Assembly: GCF_963921235.1 (NCBI RefSeq)
Contig: NC_086108.1
Span: 38,442,001 to 38,506,000, forward strand
DNA from: Mobula hypostoma
Lineage: Eukaryota
DNA length: 64,000 bases
Reading direction: 5' to 3'
The notes beneath the pieces were generated by a model that was given only the letters and a program-made list of their open reading frames with translations, had not been told where the DNA came from and searched no databases. Made by a program: the position numbers and the translations under genes. Shown here piece after piece: positions 1 through 13,710 of this stretch. How positions within the stretch are numbered: the stretch's first letter is position 1; each line of letters begins with the position of its first letter.

Positions 1-298
1 GGAAAAAATTTTCATACATTGCAATTCCATGTTAGTTTTCCTAATGCCAGTGGAAAAGAGAATATGTAAAAAAATGAATGAACTCCAAAACATTTTCATT
101 TCTTTAAAAACACAATTTCTATAAATTGAAGGCAACATTTCACTGCATTTTAAATTTTTTCTGGTAAATGAAAGATCCCCTAACACAGAATATCAGAAAA
201 TATTACAAATAGATTCTTGTTGTTAAAATGTACATGTAAAACAGTTAAATGTCTTCCATGAGTCACTGCCTTCTACTGCATAGAAGGTCTCTTTCAAG

Positions 299-372
299 CA
301 GGGGTTCCCAACCTTTTTTTATGCCATAGACCCCTACTGAGGGTTCTGTGGACCCAAGGTTAGGAATCCCTG
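299..372. mobile_element. ~75-bp hAT-type MITE
   Basis: TIRs CAGGGGTTCCCAACC / GGTTAGGAATCCCTG; degenerate 8-bp flanks ctttcaag / cttcagag; same family at 4216 and 24209. Confidence 0.75.
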
Positions 373-1224
373 CTTCAGAGTACAGCAACCAGATAACAAA
401 AGAAATATGTAGCCAGAGAAGTGAACACGGTGGGACCCAATAAAACTGTAAATGTTTCAGACATTGTTAAAAATCTCAAGAATGGGATAAATGGAGTTGA
501 AACAGGAAGCTGCAAAAGGAAAATAGGAAGTGTTTTTCAGGCATCAACTGTAGCACTGTGATGCAGTTAAATAAGACTATGTCACCACTGATTCTTAGAA
601 CAGGAAGTAAAACTCATCCTTCCCATCTCTCCTATCATTAAAAAGCATCAAGCAGACTAACTTAAGAGTGCAACATGCACTGATCATTGTCTCAAGGAGA
701 AGGTCTATAGACAGTGCGCACTATGCACAGTATTAAAACCTGTGAATGAAATCCTTCCCACCCAACCAAATCAATTTCATTCAATAATGCTTCTTGTATT
801 TCACCATAAACACCATCTTTTGAGCTTCACAAACTCAATAAAGTTATTGAAGGGTGACTTTGGTTGCTGTATGGCCATGCAGAAATACTTGTGCTTTGTT
901 GCCAATATAGTAGCAAATAGGGTAATGTCACATAAATGGTTTATTGACCACCAAACTGCAAAAGTCCTGGTAGCTGGTTGAGGGTTGATACCAAACAGTT
1001 TCTTTTTTGATAGCTTCAAAATGGAAAAAAAAAGTGTGCTATATTGTTAAGTCAGCACATTGTACTCTGCCACTGAAATTTTGTCCACTGGATATGAAAT
1101 TCAGTCAGTTGAATTCAAAATAAAAAACATTGATTCAGCTAAATAGTAATTTTAAACAACTGACTGAGAAGAAATTTCAAGACAGTGGTTTGTAAAAATA
1201 TGTCATAGAAAATATTTTTTTCCT

Positions 1225-1560
1225 GACCAGGTCTGTATGAGTGATCTTACCAGCAATTAGATGGTTCACTAAACTGATTCCTGGAATGATGTAATTTTCT
1301 TGTAGTGAGAGATTGAATGTGACTGTCCCCTATTCACTGAAATTTAGAAGAATGCAAGATGATCTTATTATGACATATGAGATAGGAGTTACAGTACTCT
1401 GTGATGAGCTTTATTGGAGATGGTGGCAAATGTTTGTTCCCTTTGGCTACAGAAGCTAGAAATCAGAGGCAGAATGGCAAGATAACAGATAGCAAGTAGA
1501 GAAATATCTTCTTGCAAAGGGTTGTATATCTTCAAAATTCTCTGCCTTCAATATCAATGA
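1225..1560 (+). mobile_element. Degenerate CR1 LINE ORF2 3' fragment
   Basis: ttcactaaactgattcctggaatg...tttagaagaatgcaagatgatctta resembles the better preserved CR1 3' ends at 5581-6000 and 54285-54666. Confidence 0.55.
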
Positions 1561-1889
1561 ATACTCACGTCCATGCCTGTACTTAAAGCTGGGGTTAGTG
1601 AATTAGTTGTCTATCACGAAGATAACAGATCTGACAGGTACCCAAGAACAGTATCAGCCAGTTTCCTCGTCAACTCACATACCATCCTTTCTTGGAAATA
1701 TCTCTTTCCTTCATTGTCGCCAAGCCTAGCGGAATACCAACCTAGCAACATTCTCTAAACACCTTCACGACAAGGACCACAGAGATTCCAGAAGGCCTGA
1801 ATAAACATTGTTTGACAAGACAACTTGAGAATATGGGGCATGGACAGGCGAATGAACTGAAAGCAGATATTAACTCTGACCTTACTTAG

Positions 1890-2030
1890 TGACCATAAGA
1901 CATTGGAGCAGTATTAGGCCATTTGGCCCATCAAGCCTTCTCTGCTATTCCATCATGGCTGATTTATTTTCCCCCTTAACCTCCTGCCTTCTCCCTGTAA
2001 CCTTTGACACCATGACTAATAAGACCATAA
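1890..2030 (-). mobile_element. CR1 LINE 3' tail fragment
   Basis: gaccataagacattggagcagtattaggccatttggccc is the reverse complement of the CR1 tail at 54625-54666. Confidence 0.7.
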
Positions 2031-2289
2031 GACCTACGAGAGAAACAGGATCGAGGGGCCATTTGGTCTTACTCTGACTTCTTTTAACTTCACTGAGATT
2101 CCACTGTAAATACTGTTGAGAATGGGAGTGGTTTATTACTGTCGTGAGTACTGAGCTCGTCAAAAGATTTTTGCATGCCACCCAGACAGATTTTGCTCCA
2201 CACGTGTACACTGAGATGTTAATAAAAAAAAATTGAATTGCAGTATATAATACTGTAGCCATAGAGGAAGTCCAGAGCATGGAAAGAAA

Positions 2290-3550
2290 AGCAAGGCTGC
2301 AAAGAGATAAATTGGCAGATGCAGAGCTCAATTTTAGTGCACGAGAGGTCCATTCAAGAGTCTGATAACAGCGGAATAGAAGCCGCCCAGGTCTGATGGG
2401 ACACGCTTTCATATCTTTTGCCCAACGGGAAAGGGGAGAAGAGAATGACTGGGGTGGGGCAGATTGTTGATTATGATGGTCGCTTTCCACAGTGGGAAGG
2501 GTTGATAGACTAGGCTGTGTTCACAACTCTGATTTCTTGCGGACTTCGATAGAGCAGTTGCCATACCAAGCTGTCATGCACCTGGAGGGGATGCTTTCTA
2601 TGGTGCGTCTATGAAAGCTGGCAAGGGTCTGTCATAGGGAACAGGACAAATTTCCTTATCCTGCTGAAAATACTTTTTTTTGACTGTAGCATTACTGTGG
2701 TGAACCAGGACAAATTGTTCCTGGCATATACACTTCAGAACTTGAGTCTCTTAATCATCTGCACCTCAGCACTCTTGATACAGACAGGCATGTTCTCCAC
2801 CCTGTTTTCCATTAGTCGATGATGAGCTCCTTCCTTTTTAGACATTTGAGGGAAAGACTGAGTTGACACCATGCCAGTAGGCTCTCTTTTCTTCCTGTAC
2901 TCTGCCTAATGATTGTTTGAAATCTGGCCCATTAGCACTACATTATCTGCCACCACATCATCATGCCGGTAGGCTCGCTCTTCTTCCTGTATTCCGCTTC
3001 ATCATTGTCTGAAATCTGACCCACTGCACTAACTTATCTGCAAATGTGCAGATGGAGTTAGAGCAAAATTTGGCCACAACATCCTGGGTATAGAGGGACG
3101 AGAGTAAGGGGCCACGAACACAGCATTGTGGGGACAAGAGTTGATGATAATCGTGGAGAAGACTTTCGTCTCCCATCCTTACTGATTGTAGTCTGTTAGT
3201 CAGAAAGTCAAGGATTTAGTTGCAAAAGTTAGTGAAATTATTTAGTTGGTAGAAGGAAAAGGACTAGGAATTTAGAATTATGGCATTAAAGGAGTATTGC
3301 CAATAATTAGGAAACTGACTTAGTAATCTTTGTAATCCTGATGTCCAAAAGATAAGCGTAGGACCAGGGATATGCAATCTGTTGTGGACCTGCTTTGGCA
3401 GTAGGTGAACTGTAGTGGGTCAAGATTGCCTGGGAGGTGATATAAACCAGCCTCTTGAAGCACTTCATGATGATTAATGTAAAAGCCACCAGCATGTTAC
3501 TTTGTTTTTCAAAAAGTACTGGGATGATAGTGGTCCTCTAAGCATGTGGA
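2290..3550 (-). mobile_element. Degenerate Rex1/Babar-type LINE fragment
   Basis: Homologous to the Rex1-type copies at 16275 and 28500. Contains FADKLV (atctgcaaa) and ALTFIIMKCFKRLV-type RT motifs; many stops. Confidence 0.6.
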
Positions 3551-4028
3551 AACCTTAGATTGAAGTAAGGATATGTTTACAAACTTTCTAGCAAGTTGAT
3601 CAGCACAAGTCCAAGTAGGCCAATTGCTCACTAAAAGATAGGAGTATGATGGCACTTCTGCCTACATGTACCTCTCAGACATTAGGCTATGCTGATTTGC
3701 AATCATGGTAGTGAAATTATTGGCATTCACTGTTGCTGCATGAACCTGACACTTCAGTTTTTCACACTTGAATTCCTATGATAATTCTGGAGTTGCAGTC
3801 AGAAAATCAGCACAGCTCTACCAGGTTAAGTCCTTGCATACCAAAATGAAACAAAAAGAGGAAAAATACAAAATAGTTGAATCCATGAAGAGTTAAGACA
3901 TTTACGAATTGGTCCTATTGTAAAATAATCTGAAAATCTCATTCTTTACAACTGGAGTTTTTAGGCAGCTGATCAGCCACTATTACTACCTAGAAAACCA
4001 GTTTGCTGAGTAGTATATGAGGTTAGTA

Positions 4029-4815
4029 ACACGTACAAAATGCGAGAGGAACTTGGCAAATCAGTCAGACATTTATGGAGAGGAATAAATAGTTGATGTT
4101 CCAGGTCAAGACCCTTCATCAGGACTCGAAAGGAAGGTGCAGAAGCTATAATAAGAAAGTAGAGAAGATGGGTGGTCTCTTATACTGTCATGATAATGCT
4201 AAAGTCAGGTTAAGTCAAGGGTTCCCAACCTAGGATCCACAGATCCTTTGCTTATTGGTATTGGTCCATGGCATAATAAAGGTTGGGACCCCGGGTTAAA
4301 GGAACAACATATTCAAACTGGAGAGCCTCTAACCCGATGCCATGAACAGCAATTTCTCTAACTTCAGGTAATTACTCCCTCATCACCCCTTCTCTCTTTT
4401 TCCATTCCCCATTCTGGTTACCATCTCACCCCTTCTCTTTTTTGCCTTCCTCTGGTTCTGCTCCTTCTTCCCTTCCATGGTCCACTGTCCTCTCCCATCA
4501 GTTTCCTACTCCTTCAGTCCTTTATCTCTTCTACCTATCATCTCCCAGCTTCTTATTTCATTCCCCTCCACCCCACTACCCACCCACCTTCCCTCTCACC
4601 TGGTCTCACATCACCCACCAGTTTGTACCCCTTCTGCTCCCCTCTCACCCACATTTTCTTATTCTGGATCTTACCCCCTTCTTTTCCAGACCCGATGAAG
4701 GGTCTCAGGCTGAAACTTCGACCATTTATCCCTCTTTCTGAGTTCCTCCAGCATTTTGTGTGTGTGTCTGTGTGTGTTGCTCAACATTTCCAGCATCTAC
4801 AGAACCTCTTGTGAT
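4029..4815 (+). mobile_element. Penelope-like element remnant with inverted terminal arm (interrupted by MITE 4216-4293)
   Basis: 4300-4370 resembles the GIY-YIG C-terminus (EQH..LESL*PDAMNSNFSNFR*). It is followed by a pyrimidine-rich tract and the terminal motif ccgatgaagggtctc...gaaac...gagttcctccagcattttgtg; a reverse-complement copy of that terminus lies at 4029-4170. Confidence 0.7.
4216..4293. mobile_element. hAT-type MITE (same family as 299-372)
   Basis: TIRs CAAGGGTTCCCAACC / GGTTGGGACCCC; flanks ggttaagt / ggttaaag. Confidence 0.75.
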
Positions 4816-5309
4816 TATTTGTCTACAAATGTCTATTACAATTTGCTCATGTGAAAAGTTCGAAATGTATTTAAAATTTTTTAAATGTTATAATATTTGA
4901 AATTTTCAGCTACCATTTCAATGTGTACATTCCAAACTTATTTCAAATTCTATAGATAAATAAAAACATTGCTTCATCCTTTATAGTTTGCTGTCTGTAG
5001 AATTCTTTAATGTAACTATCTTTTCATCCTTCATATAGCAGTAATAGCAGCTGGATAGCTAGGATCTCTTTGAAATGGTGCCTCACAACAGGTATTAGGA
5101 AAAGGTAGCTTTCAGAACAGGTTATTTAGGCAAACTTGAAACACAAGGGAGATGCAGATACATCTAATTTGCACATTAATATAAAGATCATCAAGTAAAT
5201 GTCTTTGGTCCAGTTGATCCACCATTTTCTCTAACTTCAGATAACTATTCCCCCATCTTCACTCAGAGCACCATGCAAGTGTAGACCAAGCTGTCAGTAC
5301 AAGTGGTGC

Positions 5310-5475
5310 ATGTGAGGTTGATTTCAATGTTTAAGAGAAGTCTGGATAGGTACAGGGTTGGTAGGGGTATGGAAGACTATGGTCGCGGTACAGGTCGATG
5401 GGAACGGGCAGTTTGAATAGTTTGATAGGGACTAGATGGGCTGAAGGGCCTGTATCTGTGCTGTAGTTTTCTATT
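5310..5475 (+). mobile_element. CR1 LINE 3' end fragment
   Basis: gtttaagagaagtctggataggtac...gggctgaagggcctgtatctgtgctgtag, shared with 35790-35945 and 37797 (reverse). Confidence 0.65.
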
Positions 5476-5580
5476 ACTTCATTTCAGTAAAAAATCTTAT
5501 ATTAGCACTTCACGCCATCCAAAACATAACAGCAAGCCTTGCTGTATCCTACAAGGCACTGAATTACATTTGTTGATATG

Positions 5581-8500
5581 TAGACCATAAGACAAAGGAA
5601 CAGAATTAGACTATTTGACCCATAAAGTCTGCTCTGCTAGTTGATCATAGCTGATCCATTTCCCTCCCAACACCATTCTCCCGCCTTCACCCCGCAACCT
5701 TTCACGCCCTGACAAGAAGAATCTATCAACCTCTATCTTAAATACAACCTGTGTCAATGAATTCCACAGATTCATCACTCTCTGGCCACAGGAATTCCCT
5801 CTCATCTCTGTTCTAAATGGATCTCCTTCTGTTCTGAGGTTTCCTCCTCTGGCCCTAGACTGCCCCACTATAGGAAACATCTTCTCCACATCTACTCTGT
5901 CTAGGCTTTTCAACATTCAATAGGTTTCAATGAGATTCCCCCCTCATTCTTCTAAATTCCAGCAAGTAAAGGCTCAGAACCACCAAATGCTCCTCATACG
6001 ATAAGCTTTTCATTCCAGGAATCATTTTCGTGAACCTCATCTGAATCTTCTCCAATGTCAGCACATCCTCCCCTAGGCAAGGGGCCCAAAACTGCTCACT
6101 TTGCCAGTGCCTTATAAAGCCTCAGCATTTCGTCTTTGTTTTTAAGATTCTAGTCCTCTTGAAAACAATGCTAATATTGCATTTGCCTTCCTCACCACCA
6201 CCTCAACTTGCAAGTTAACCTTTAGGGAGCTCTGCACAAAGACTCCCAAGTCTCTGCACATCAGATTTTTGAATTTTCTACCCATTTAGAAGACAGTCTA
6301 CGCTTTTGTTCCTTCTACTAAAGTGCACGGCCATAAACTTACCAATACTATATTCTATTGACACTTCTTAGTCCTTTTTCTTCTTCCAAGTCCTTCTGCA
6401 GCCTCCCTGCTTCATCATCACTACCTGTCCCTCTACCCACCTTCGTATCATCCACAAACATGGCCACAAAGCCATAAATTCATCATCTAAATCATTGACA
6501 TATAACATAAAAAGCGGTCCTAACACATACCCCTGTAGAACATCACTAGTCTTCAGCAGCCAACCAGAAAAGGCTCCCTTTATTCCCACTCTTTGCCTCC
6601 TGCCAATCAGCCAATCCTCTATCCATGCTAGTATCTTTCCTGTAATGCCATGGTCTCTTACCATTTTAAGCAGCCTCATGTGTGGCATCTTGTCAATGGC
6701 CTTCTGAAAATCCAAGTACATATCATCCACCAATTCTCTCTCATCTATGATGTTTGTCACATCGTTAAATAATTCCAACAGATTTGTCAAAAAAGATTTT
6801 CCCCTTAAGGAAACCATAGTGGTTTTGGCCAATTTTATTATGTGCCTCCAAGTACTTCAAAATCTCACCTTTAACAATTGGCTCCAACATCTTCCCAACC
6901 ACTGAAATCAGGTTAACTGGCCTAAAATTTCCTATCTTCTGTCTCTCTCCCTTCTTAAAAAGTAGAGTGACGCTTACAATTTTCCAGTCCTCCAGAACCA
7001 TGACAGAATCTAGTGATTCTTTAAAGATCATTACCAACACCTCCATAATCTTTTAGCTACTTCATTCTGAACCCTGTGTTGTAGTCTACCTGGTCCATGT
7101 GACTTATCAACCTTCAGACCTTTCAGCTTCCCAAACATCATTTCCCTAATAATAGCAACCACACTCACTTCTGCCCCCTTGACACTCTCAAGCTTCCAGC
7201 ATACTGTTAGTGTCTTCCACAGTGAAGCCTAATACAAAACACGTGTAGGGGTTTCTTCTTTTATGTTACTGCTAAGGCTAATAAAATGGCTTCTCTGTAA
7301 TGTTAACTGCTGAGTTAACGGTAGCAGCTTGTTTGGGTTATAATTACTGATAACGAGAATTGTATTCATTTGCTAACCAATTAGGATAGATGTTATTCTT
7401 TCTTGTGTGTCTGTAAGCTATTGTGTTTCGCGGGTTTTGGGGCAAAAGGCGCGATGGGGACAGAGAGACGAGACGCGATGCTGTAAGCTGGGTGATGGAT
7501 CCCCAGCGGGAGTCTGAGTCCCAGGGTCTTCGGCGAGGAGAGGAGATGAGGACAGACTCATGTGAAGCGTTTGGTCGATCACCGAGGGTGGTCCCATTCG
7601 AGGGTCGGTGGAGTTCGGAGGACATCGACTGGAGGAAAGGGAGACCCGGTTCTGTAAGAGCTCCAACAAATTATTTGTGCACAGAACTGACAGAGTTACT
7701 GACTTAGCACCTTTATTGTATTTGTTTCTACTAACCCATCACCAAGAAATACTTGTAAAGTGTAATCATTTAATCGCATATAGTGTACTGTCTGTTATTT
7801 AGCGTGGTGGGGTACATCACACAGCATTTACATGAACTTGATTACCCATTTTGGCGGGGCTGAAGACTGCTTCTCCTAGATGAAAGTGAGCTGAGCGAGC
7901 CTGAGGCTTACCAGAGGGCTACATTGTGGGGGCCATCGTCCGGGTTTGGATTCTGTAGAAGCTGTGTGATCGCCCTGTTTAGATTATGTATGCTGCAAGG
8001 GCAGAAAGCTGGTGTGCCTCTGTGAGATTGCTGGTTATTACTGCATGCGTGTTGGGTGGGGTAGCTGTTGGTACCCCGGAGCTCTTTGTTTGAGTTCAGG
8101 CTAGTGCTGGTGGTGGGACTGCCAGTGTTTATTGGTGCCCCAGGTGAGGCGGGCCTTGGGCTGTCCATACTGTTAGGAGAGAGAGGAAAGAGTGGTCTGA
8201 TTCGGAGGTAGTGTCTGCAAATAAATGTTCCAGCTAAGGCAGGCTCCGCCTGGTTTTTGGGATAATGTCCACCCCTACAGGGGCGGAGGCGTGGATGGAA
8301 CGGACCTCTCAGTTGTTAGATGAGTGGCTGAGGGAAAGCGACAGGGATTGGTTGGAAGTTTGGATAGGCAGGCTGTTGACGTTGTCAGAACTGTCAGGTT
8401 CGATTAACCCGTAGTGACAGCTGCCAGTTATCTGAAAGTGGGGGAAAATGTGTTTTGTTCGACTGGAAGTAAAATGCAGCACCTGGGGGGCTTTCCATAC

Positions 8501-9760
8501 CTGTGTCAGGAGATTAGTGGGAAGTTTTCGGGGTACCTTCTCTGACTAGGGGGGCAGATAAATTGCTTGCGGTGCCAAGGGGATTAGTTAAGGGGATCAG
8601 CCCCTCCCTCAGTTGTTCAGCTGTTCAGAGAGGTGTCGGGAAACTTAGTGGAGGCCCAGTGGGGGAACAACTTGGGGACTCTGGGGGAGCACGTTCCCAG
8701 CAACATACCAAGGAACTCCCGAAAAGAACAGACCTTATTCCTGAATGCTTAGAGGGACCACACCCTCGGGTGGCGTTACGGATAGATAGAAGCTATGTTA
8801 AAGCCATTCTCAACACCGGGGTGCAGGTCAAGTTGTTGTACAGTTAGTTTTACAACTGGTATTTGAAGCATTTACCCTTGACAACAGTAAGGGCACTGGA
8901 GATTTGGGGTACCAGTGCAAGTGATTATCCAGACGATGATTATTGGTCAGTGAAACTGGAGATCTTGGAGCCAATGTGTGGGTGTCAGACGGTCGTGAAT
9001 CGTTAATGCTGATGTGTCTGGACCCTGGTGCAACAGCCAGGGTTTCGATTCTGGAGGGGACCAACACCCCGCTGATGAGGAGATGCTTGGGGGCCTGCCA
9101 GGAGGAGGTGAGTGAGAGCTATTTGGCGGCGTTGTTTCATGCTGCTTGTGAGGATGTGTGTAGCAGCATTGGGCCGGTACTGAATTTAAACGAGAGCTGA
9201 TGGTGGTACAGCCCGCTGGGGGGTGTATTGGAGGGTGAGACCCTCTTTGTGGATGCTCCAAAATACCACTAGGGAGGGGAGCTGACCGATAAAGACACCT
9301 CGGTGAGAGACAGGTCACAGCCACTGGCCCCTGCAGCCGTGGAAGACGTAGGCAGCGTGTGGATTACAGGACTCTGAACGGGCGCACTGTCATTTATCAG
9401 AATACGGTCCTGAGGGCCGAAGACGCGATGGTCTGTCTGCGTGGTGCGACGTGGTTTAACGTGGAAACTAACCATTGCTGCTCTGCCATTATCCCTGCTC
9501 GTTCCCCCTTCGAATTAACTTTGGCCAGCTTTTCCCTCATGCATCTGTAATTCCTTTTTCCTCATTATAATACTGACACATTTGACTTTAGCTTCTCCCT
9601 CTCAATTAGCAGGGTTAATTCTATATTATGATCACTGACTCCTAAGGGTTCCTTTACCTTAAGCTTCCTAATCAAATCCGGTTCCTTACACAACACCCAA
9701 TCCAGACTAGCTGATTCCCCCAGTGGGCTCAACCACAAGATGCTCTAAAAAGGACATCTT
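5581..9760 (-). mobile_element. CR1 (HER1-like) LINE, ORF2 pseudogene, interrupted by an LTR element at 7244-9467
   Basis: ORF fragments NFRPVNLISVVGKMLE, YLDFQKAIDKMPH, QGYVLGPLFMLYVND, DRVDVEKMFP; 3' tail at 5581. CR1 endonuclease-side sequence resumes at about 9468 and matches 51000-51290. Confidence 0.9.
7244..9467 (+). mobile_element. Truncated Gypsy LTR retrotransposon with PNMA-like gag; 5' LTR 7244-7923
   Basis: LTR bounded by TGTAG...CTACA. PBS-like TGGGGGCCATCGTCCGGG (7927-7944) resembles the tRNA-Pro PBS TGGGGGCTCGTCCGGGAT. Gag remnant PTGAEAWMERTSQLLDEW, protease-like [11 protein letters not shown] start VDYRTLNGRT..RAEDAMVCLRGATWF. No 3' LTR. Confidence 0.8.
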
Positions 9761-10619
9761 GTTTTTCCAGCCACTCAATCAAACTGGGAGCAAGAGAGGA
9801 GGCAACTCACAGATCCTTGAGTAAGATATAAAAAGGAGCATTTGCGGGCTTTTGGCATTTTTCCAGTAGCTTAATCAAATCAGGAGTGAGTGAGGAGGCT
9901 TGTGTATCTTTAACCCCAGCCTCCAATCTGTATTAATCATAACAATTATTTTCCTCAACAAAAGATGGAGAAAGCCAAAGTGTTTTCCACCAAATTCTTA
10001 TTACTGCATTCAGAAGGAAATATTATAAAGTGAGTAATATACTATAACCTCCAGGGACACTTTTGTGGATAAAACCAAATCACTTGAATTTAAACAGTAA
10101 TATACTGTAGTTTGAACAAATCTAAATAAATATTGAATTGTCAATTTGAATTTGCATTCCAGATACAAGTAAAAGAATTGACAGGGATATTTACATACTT
10201 TATATTATTTTTAAAAAGCAGCACTGCGTGAAAAGAGAAACCACTTCAGTTGGTTGATTTGAACATTCTTTGCTGCTTCAAAGTTCGTTCTGTAGCAGCA
10301 GAGAATTCTTGCTATCACATTTCAAAAATGTTATATTACTGGACAAGTATTTCAGGTTTGGATTCATAATCCAAAGACCACAGTTCAGGTCTGAACAAAT
10401 GGAATTTACATTCAGTTAATTAAATAAACCTGGGATGCAAATCTGCTGTCAATACGGGTAAACATAGATCTACTAGACTGACATTAAAATAAATCTGGTT
10501 CACATGTATCATTCAGAAAAAGAAATCATTTGCTTTTACTTGGTCTATTCGATAAGTGACTCCAGACTAATGATGTGGTTAATTCTCATCCACCCATGAA
10601 ATAATGCACCAAACATACA

Positions 10620-11340
10620 AAGTTCAAAGTACTTTTATTATCAAAGTATGTATACATTAAACACCCAATGTGCAGAGAGAAAACAATTTGTGCAAACAAT
10701 AAAAGTAAGCAAATAGCATTTAGAACAAAAGTGAATCCTCAGACACAAAGTCTGGAATATCCAGAGTAGGCCACAGCCCCAGCCTCAGGTCAGCGCATAG
10801 CAGGTTAAACGTAGTAGAGCCCAGAACAGCTGGAGCAGGCCATTGCCTCAGCGCAGTGCAAAGTGGAATAAATGTCACACAGCAGTAAGCAGAACCGTCC
10901 CACCACTCACTTAAGGTCCTGATACCCTGCCTTTTCAATCCATCTGGCCTAGTGTTTAAATCGTCCAAACATCGGGTCATTCCTTGCTCTAAGATCCAGG
11001 CTCCGTCGCATCAATACACCCTCAGCCTGGATCCCCCGCTGCCACATCCTGGCCTTTCCAAATTGCCCCAGCACTTATATCGATCAAACCTCGCTCTCGG
11101 TTCAGGTGGATGGACCTCAAATCTGCCTCTCCTCTGCTCCGCTCACCTCAAATATGCCTCACATGCTTCAAGCCTCAACTTAGCTTCGCCTTGGATCGCC
11201 TCTTCATTTTTTGCAGTGATCATTTACTTTTTAAAAAAAAAACAGAAGCATTACTAGTGAAGTATTTAGTTGTATTCCTTGTTTTGTTAACTACCCGTCG
11301 TAGTAGTCACTCAACTTCAGCAGTACCATCTTAAACCAGA
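10620..11340 (-). mobile_element. Non-coding interspersed retroelement (Rex1-like 3' tail)
   Basis: Homologous to 57525-57558 plus 59152-59990 (acacccaatgtgcagag...gtaagcaaatagcatt). The minus-strand 3' end has AATAAA plus a TTTGAAC-type tail; the 5' end has AAGATGG. Confidence 0.6.
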
Positions 11341-12876
11341 GCAATCACAGATGAGATACAATTGACAACCATAATAGTAATGCCTATATCCTGATTTAAA
11401 TGTATCCGATCTTCTTCTTCCACCATAGTTATCCACATCACTGGATGCAAAAACATTTTTGTAACATACAAGAATTTTATCAAAAACCTCATCTTCACTT
11501 GGCAAGCATTTCCATACTTTTGACCCAAATTTTTCTGCAAAACCATTGGGAATAACCACTGACATCACAGAATATAATGCTGACTGAGCAATGAAGCAGC
11601 TAAAACCATTGGTTTAAGGTAAGACACTTCCTACTGAACCAAGCAGGATATCTTACACTTTGTGTGGGAGAATACTACAGCCTGGGACCTGACTGAAAAC
11701 TGGAAACTGTACTTGGCACAGCACTTCTGCAATAGTGGTTACCATGTGTGAAGAACTCCTCAACTACAGAGCTTTATTAAGACCCAAGACCAACATTTGA
11801 AACGAGTACTTTACAGTGGCTCCAGACAACAATTTACAGTATAGTTGCATAGTACCTACTGTACATATCAGAATACCTGCAAGAGCTACACAGGATTCAC
11901 ATCCAGACTGCAGCAAGTTCTGCCAGAATCTCAATAAAATCACAAGAGTTCAATTTCAGTTAGGTTAGGTCCTCTGTCAATGATAGCTTCCAAGCCATGC
12001 TCCAAAGCTCCATCATCCAGCAGATAATAATCAAGTACTTCTTTACCTGCAAACAATCCAGACATTTGTGCTTGGCTTAACCCTTTTACACTATTGCATA
12101 ATAATGGATACAAATCTTCTGCTCATTGCACATTTCATTAGATTTTGATAAGAAGCCTCAGAAGATACCCGTATAGTATCTTCCGGAAAACTGTTCCACT
12201 TTAGGTATAGTGCAATTTTATATTATTGCTTATACCCTTGAAACCAAAGGTCGGGGATGGGTCACCACAGAAATTTCTGTAAGTTACTTACTGCATCATA
12301 GATCGAAGATTGCTCACTATGTGTGAGATACAATTTCTAGGTCAATATTATTTTATTTGGTCAATTTAGTTTTAAAAGATGCAATAATATTCACGCCATT
12401 AGGTAGGATCATACATGATGACCTGTGTAATTTTGACAATATAAATGCTCTGTTTCTACAAGCCACATGAGAGACAATGATGGTATGCCTTCATTGGGCA
12501 AATTTCTCAGAAACCAGAAATTTAGTTCCCTGATCAAATCAAAGTTGATGCTATTGTCTAAAATACAAGTGCCTCTGCTGCCTTTATTCTATTCCAAGTT
12601 AACTTCCCTTTGCAAACACACTGGAAAGCAAACTGGAAATTCCTCACTGTGTATTAAGTTACTCAAAAGAGGCTGCAATGAAAAAAAGAATGCTGTGGCA
12701 AAAGGAACCATAAAGATTAGTACAACTGAAAGATAACAAGCTATGTAAGAAGTCTAAAAAAAATGGCAACATTGATTCACCTTCAGCTTTTGAGAATCCA
12801 CAGGCAGAAAAACTGAGAACACAAATTTCAAATGGGAAAGCATTGATAAGAAGTGACAAGAGCAGAATCAAGATTT

Positions 12877-13694
12877 CTACATTGTCTTACTTAGATGTTA
12901 TGCCATAACTTATAGACAATGGACCATTTTCTATAATTTATAAATTACAGACTACAATTAAGAGAATTCGCGAACATCAGACATGATCAATGATAGAGTT
13001 TAAATGCTGTTTATCAACCGCCCTGGTTCAACTTACTGGCATGAATCAACAAGTCCCCTATTTATTTTTATTTGGAGATACAGCATGGAATAGGCCCTTC
13101 GAGCTGCACCACCAAATCTAATCTCTGGATAATTTACAATGACCAATTAGCCCACCTGGTGCGTCTTTGGACTGTGAGAGGACCCGAAGAAAACCCACGC
13201 ATTCCACAGGGAGAACATACAGATCCCTTACAGATGATGCCGGCATTAAACTCCAAAGCCCTGAGCTGTAATAGCATTGCGCTAACTGCTACATTGTCTT
13301 ACTCACAAATTATGCCATAATTTATAGACAACGGACAATTTCCTATAATTTATAAACTACAGACTACAATTAAGGGAATTCGTGAGCACCAGACATGATC
13401 GATGATGGAGTTTAAATGCTGTCTATCAACTGCAGTGGTTCAAAATTACTGGCATGAATCAACAAGGCCCCTATTTAGTTTTATTTGGAGATACAGCATG
13501 GAATAGGCCCTTCGAGCTGCACCACCAAATCTAATCTCTGGATAATTTACAATGACCAATTAACCCACCTGGTGCATCTTTGGACTGTGAGAGGACCTGA
13601 AGAAAACCCACGCATTCCACTGGGAGGACATACAGATGACGCCGGGATTAAACTCCAAAGCCCCGTGCTGTAATAGCGTCGCGTTAACCGCTAC
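12877..13694. repeat. Tandem duplication, period ~412 bp, each unit containing a SINE
   Basis: ctacattgtcttac...tatgccataa..tatagacaa starts at 12877 and again at 13289. The near-identical pseudo-ORFs MEIQHGIGPSSCTTKSN at 13072 and 13485 reflect the duplication. Confidence 0.9.
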
Positions 13695-13710
13695 GTAACC
13701 ATGGCACTCA
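13483..13710 (-). mobile_element. tRNA-derived SINE (duplicate copy at 13062-13292)
   Basis: Minus-strand head GGTTACGTAGCGGTTAACGCGACGCTATTACAGC...GAGTTTAATCCCG (A/B-box like) and tail GTATCTCCAAATAAAA; same family at 25190-25485. Confidence 0.75.

Noticed and set aside
11550..12050. Possible ancient retroelement remnant, likewise 13790-14870 and 23340-23575
   Set aside because: Too degenerate to assign without a search.
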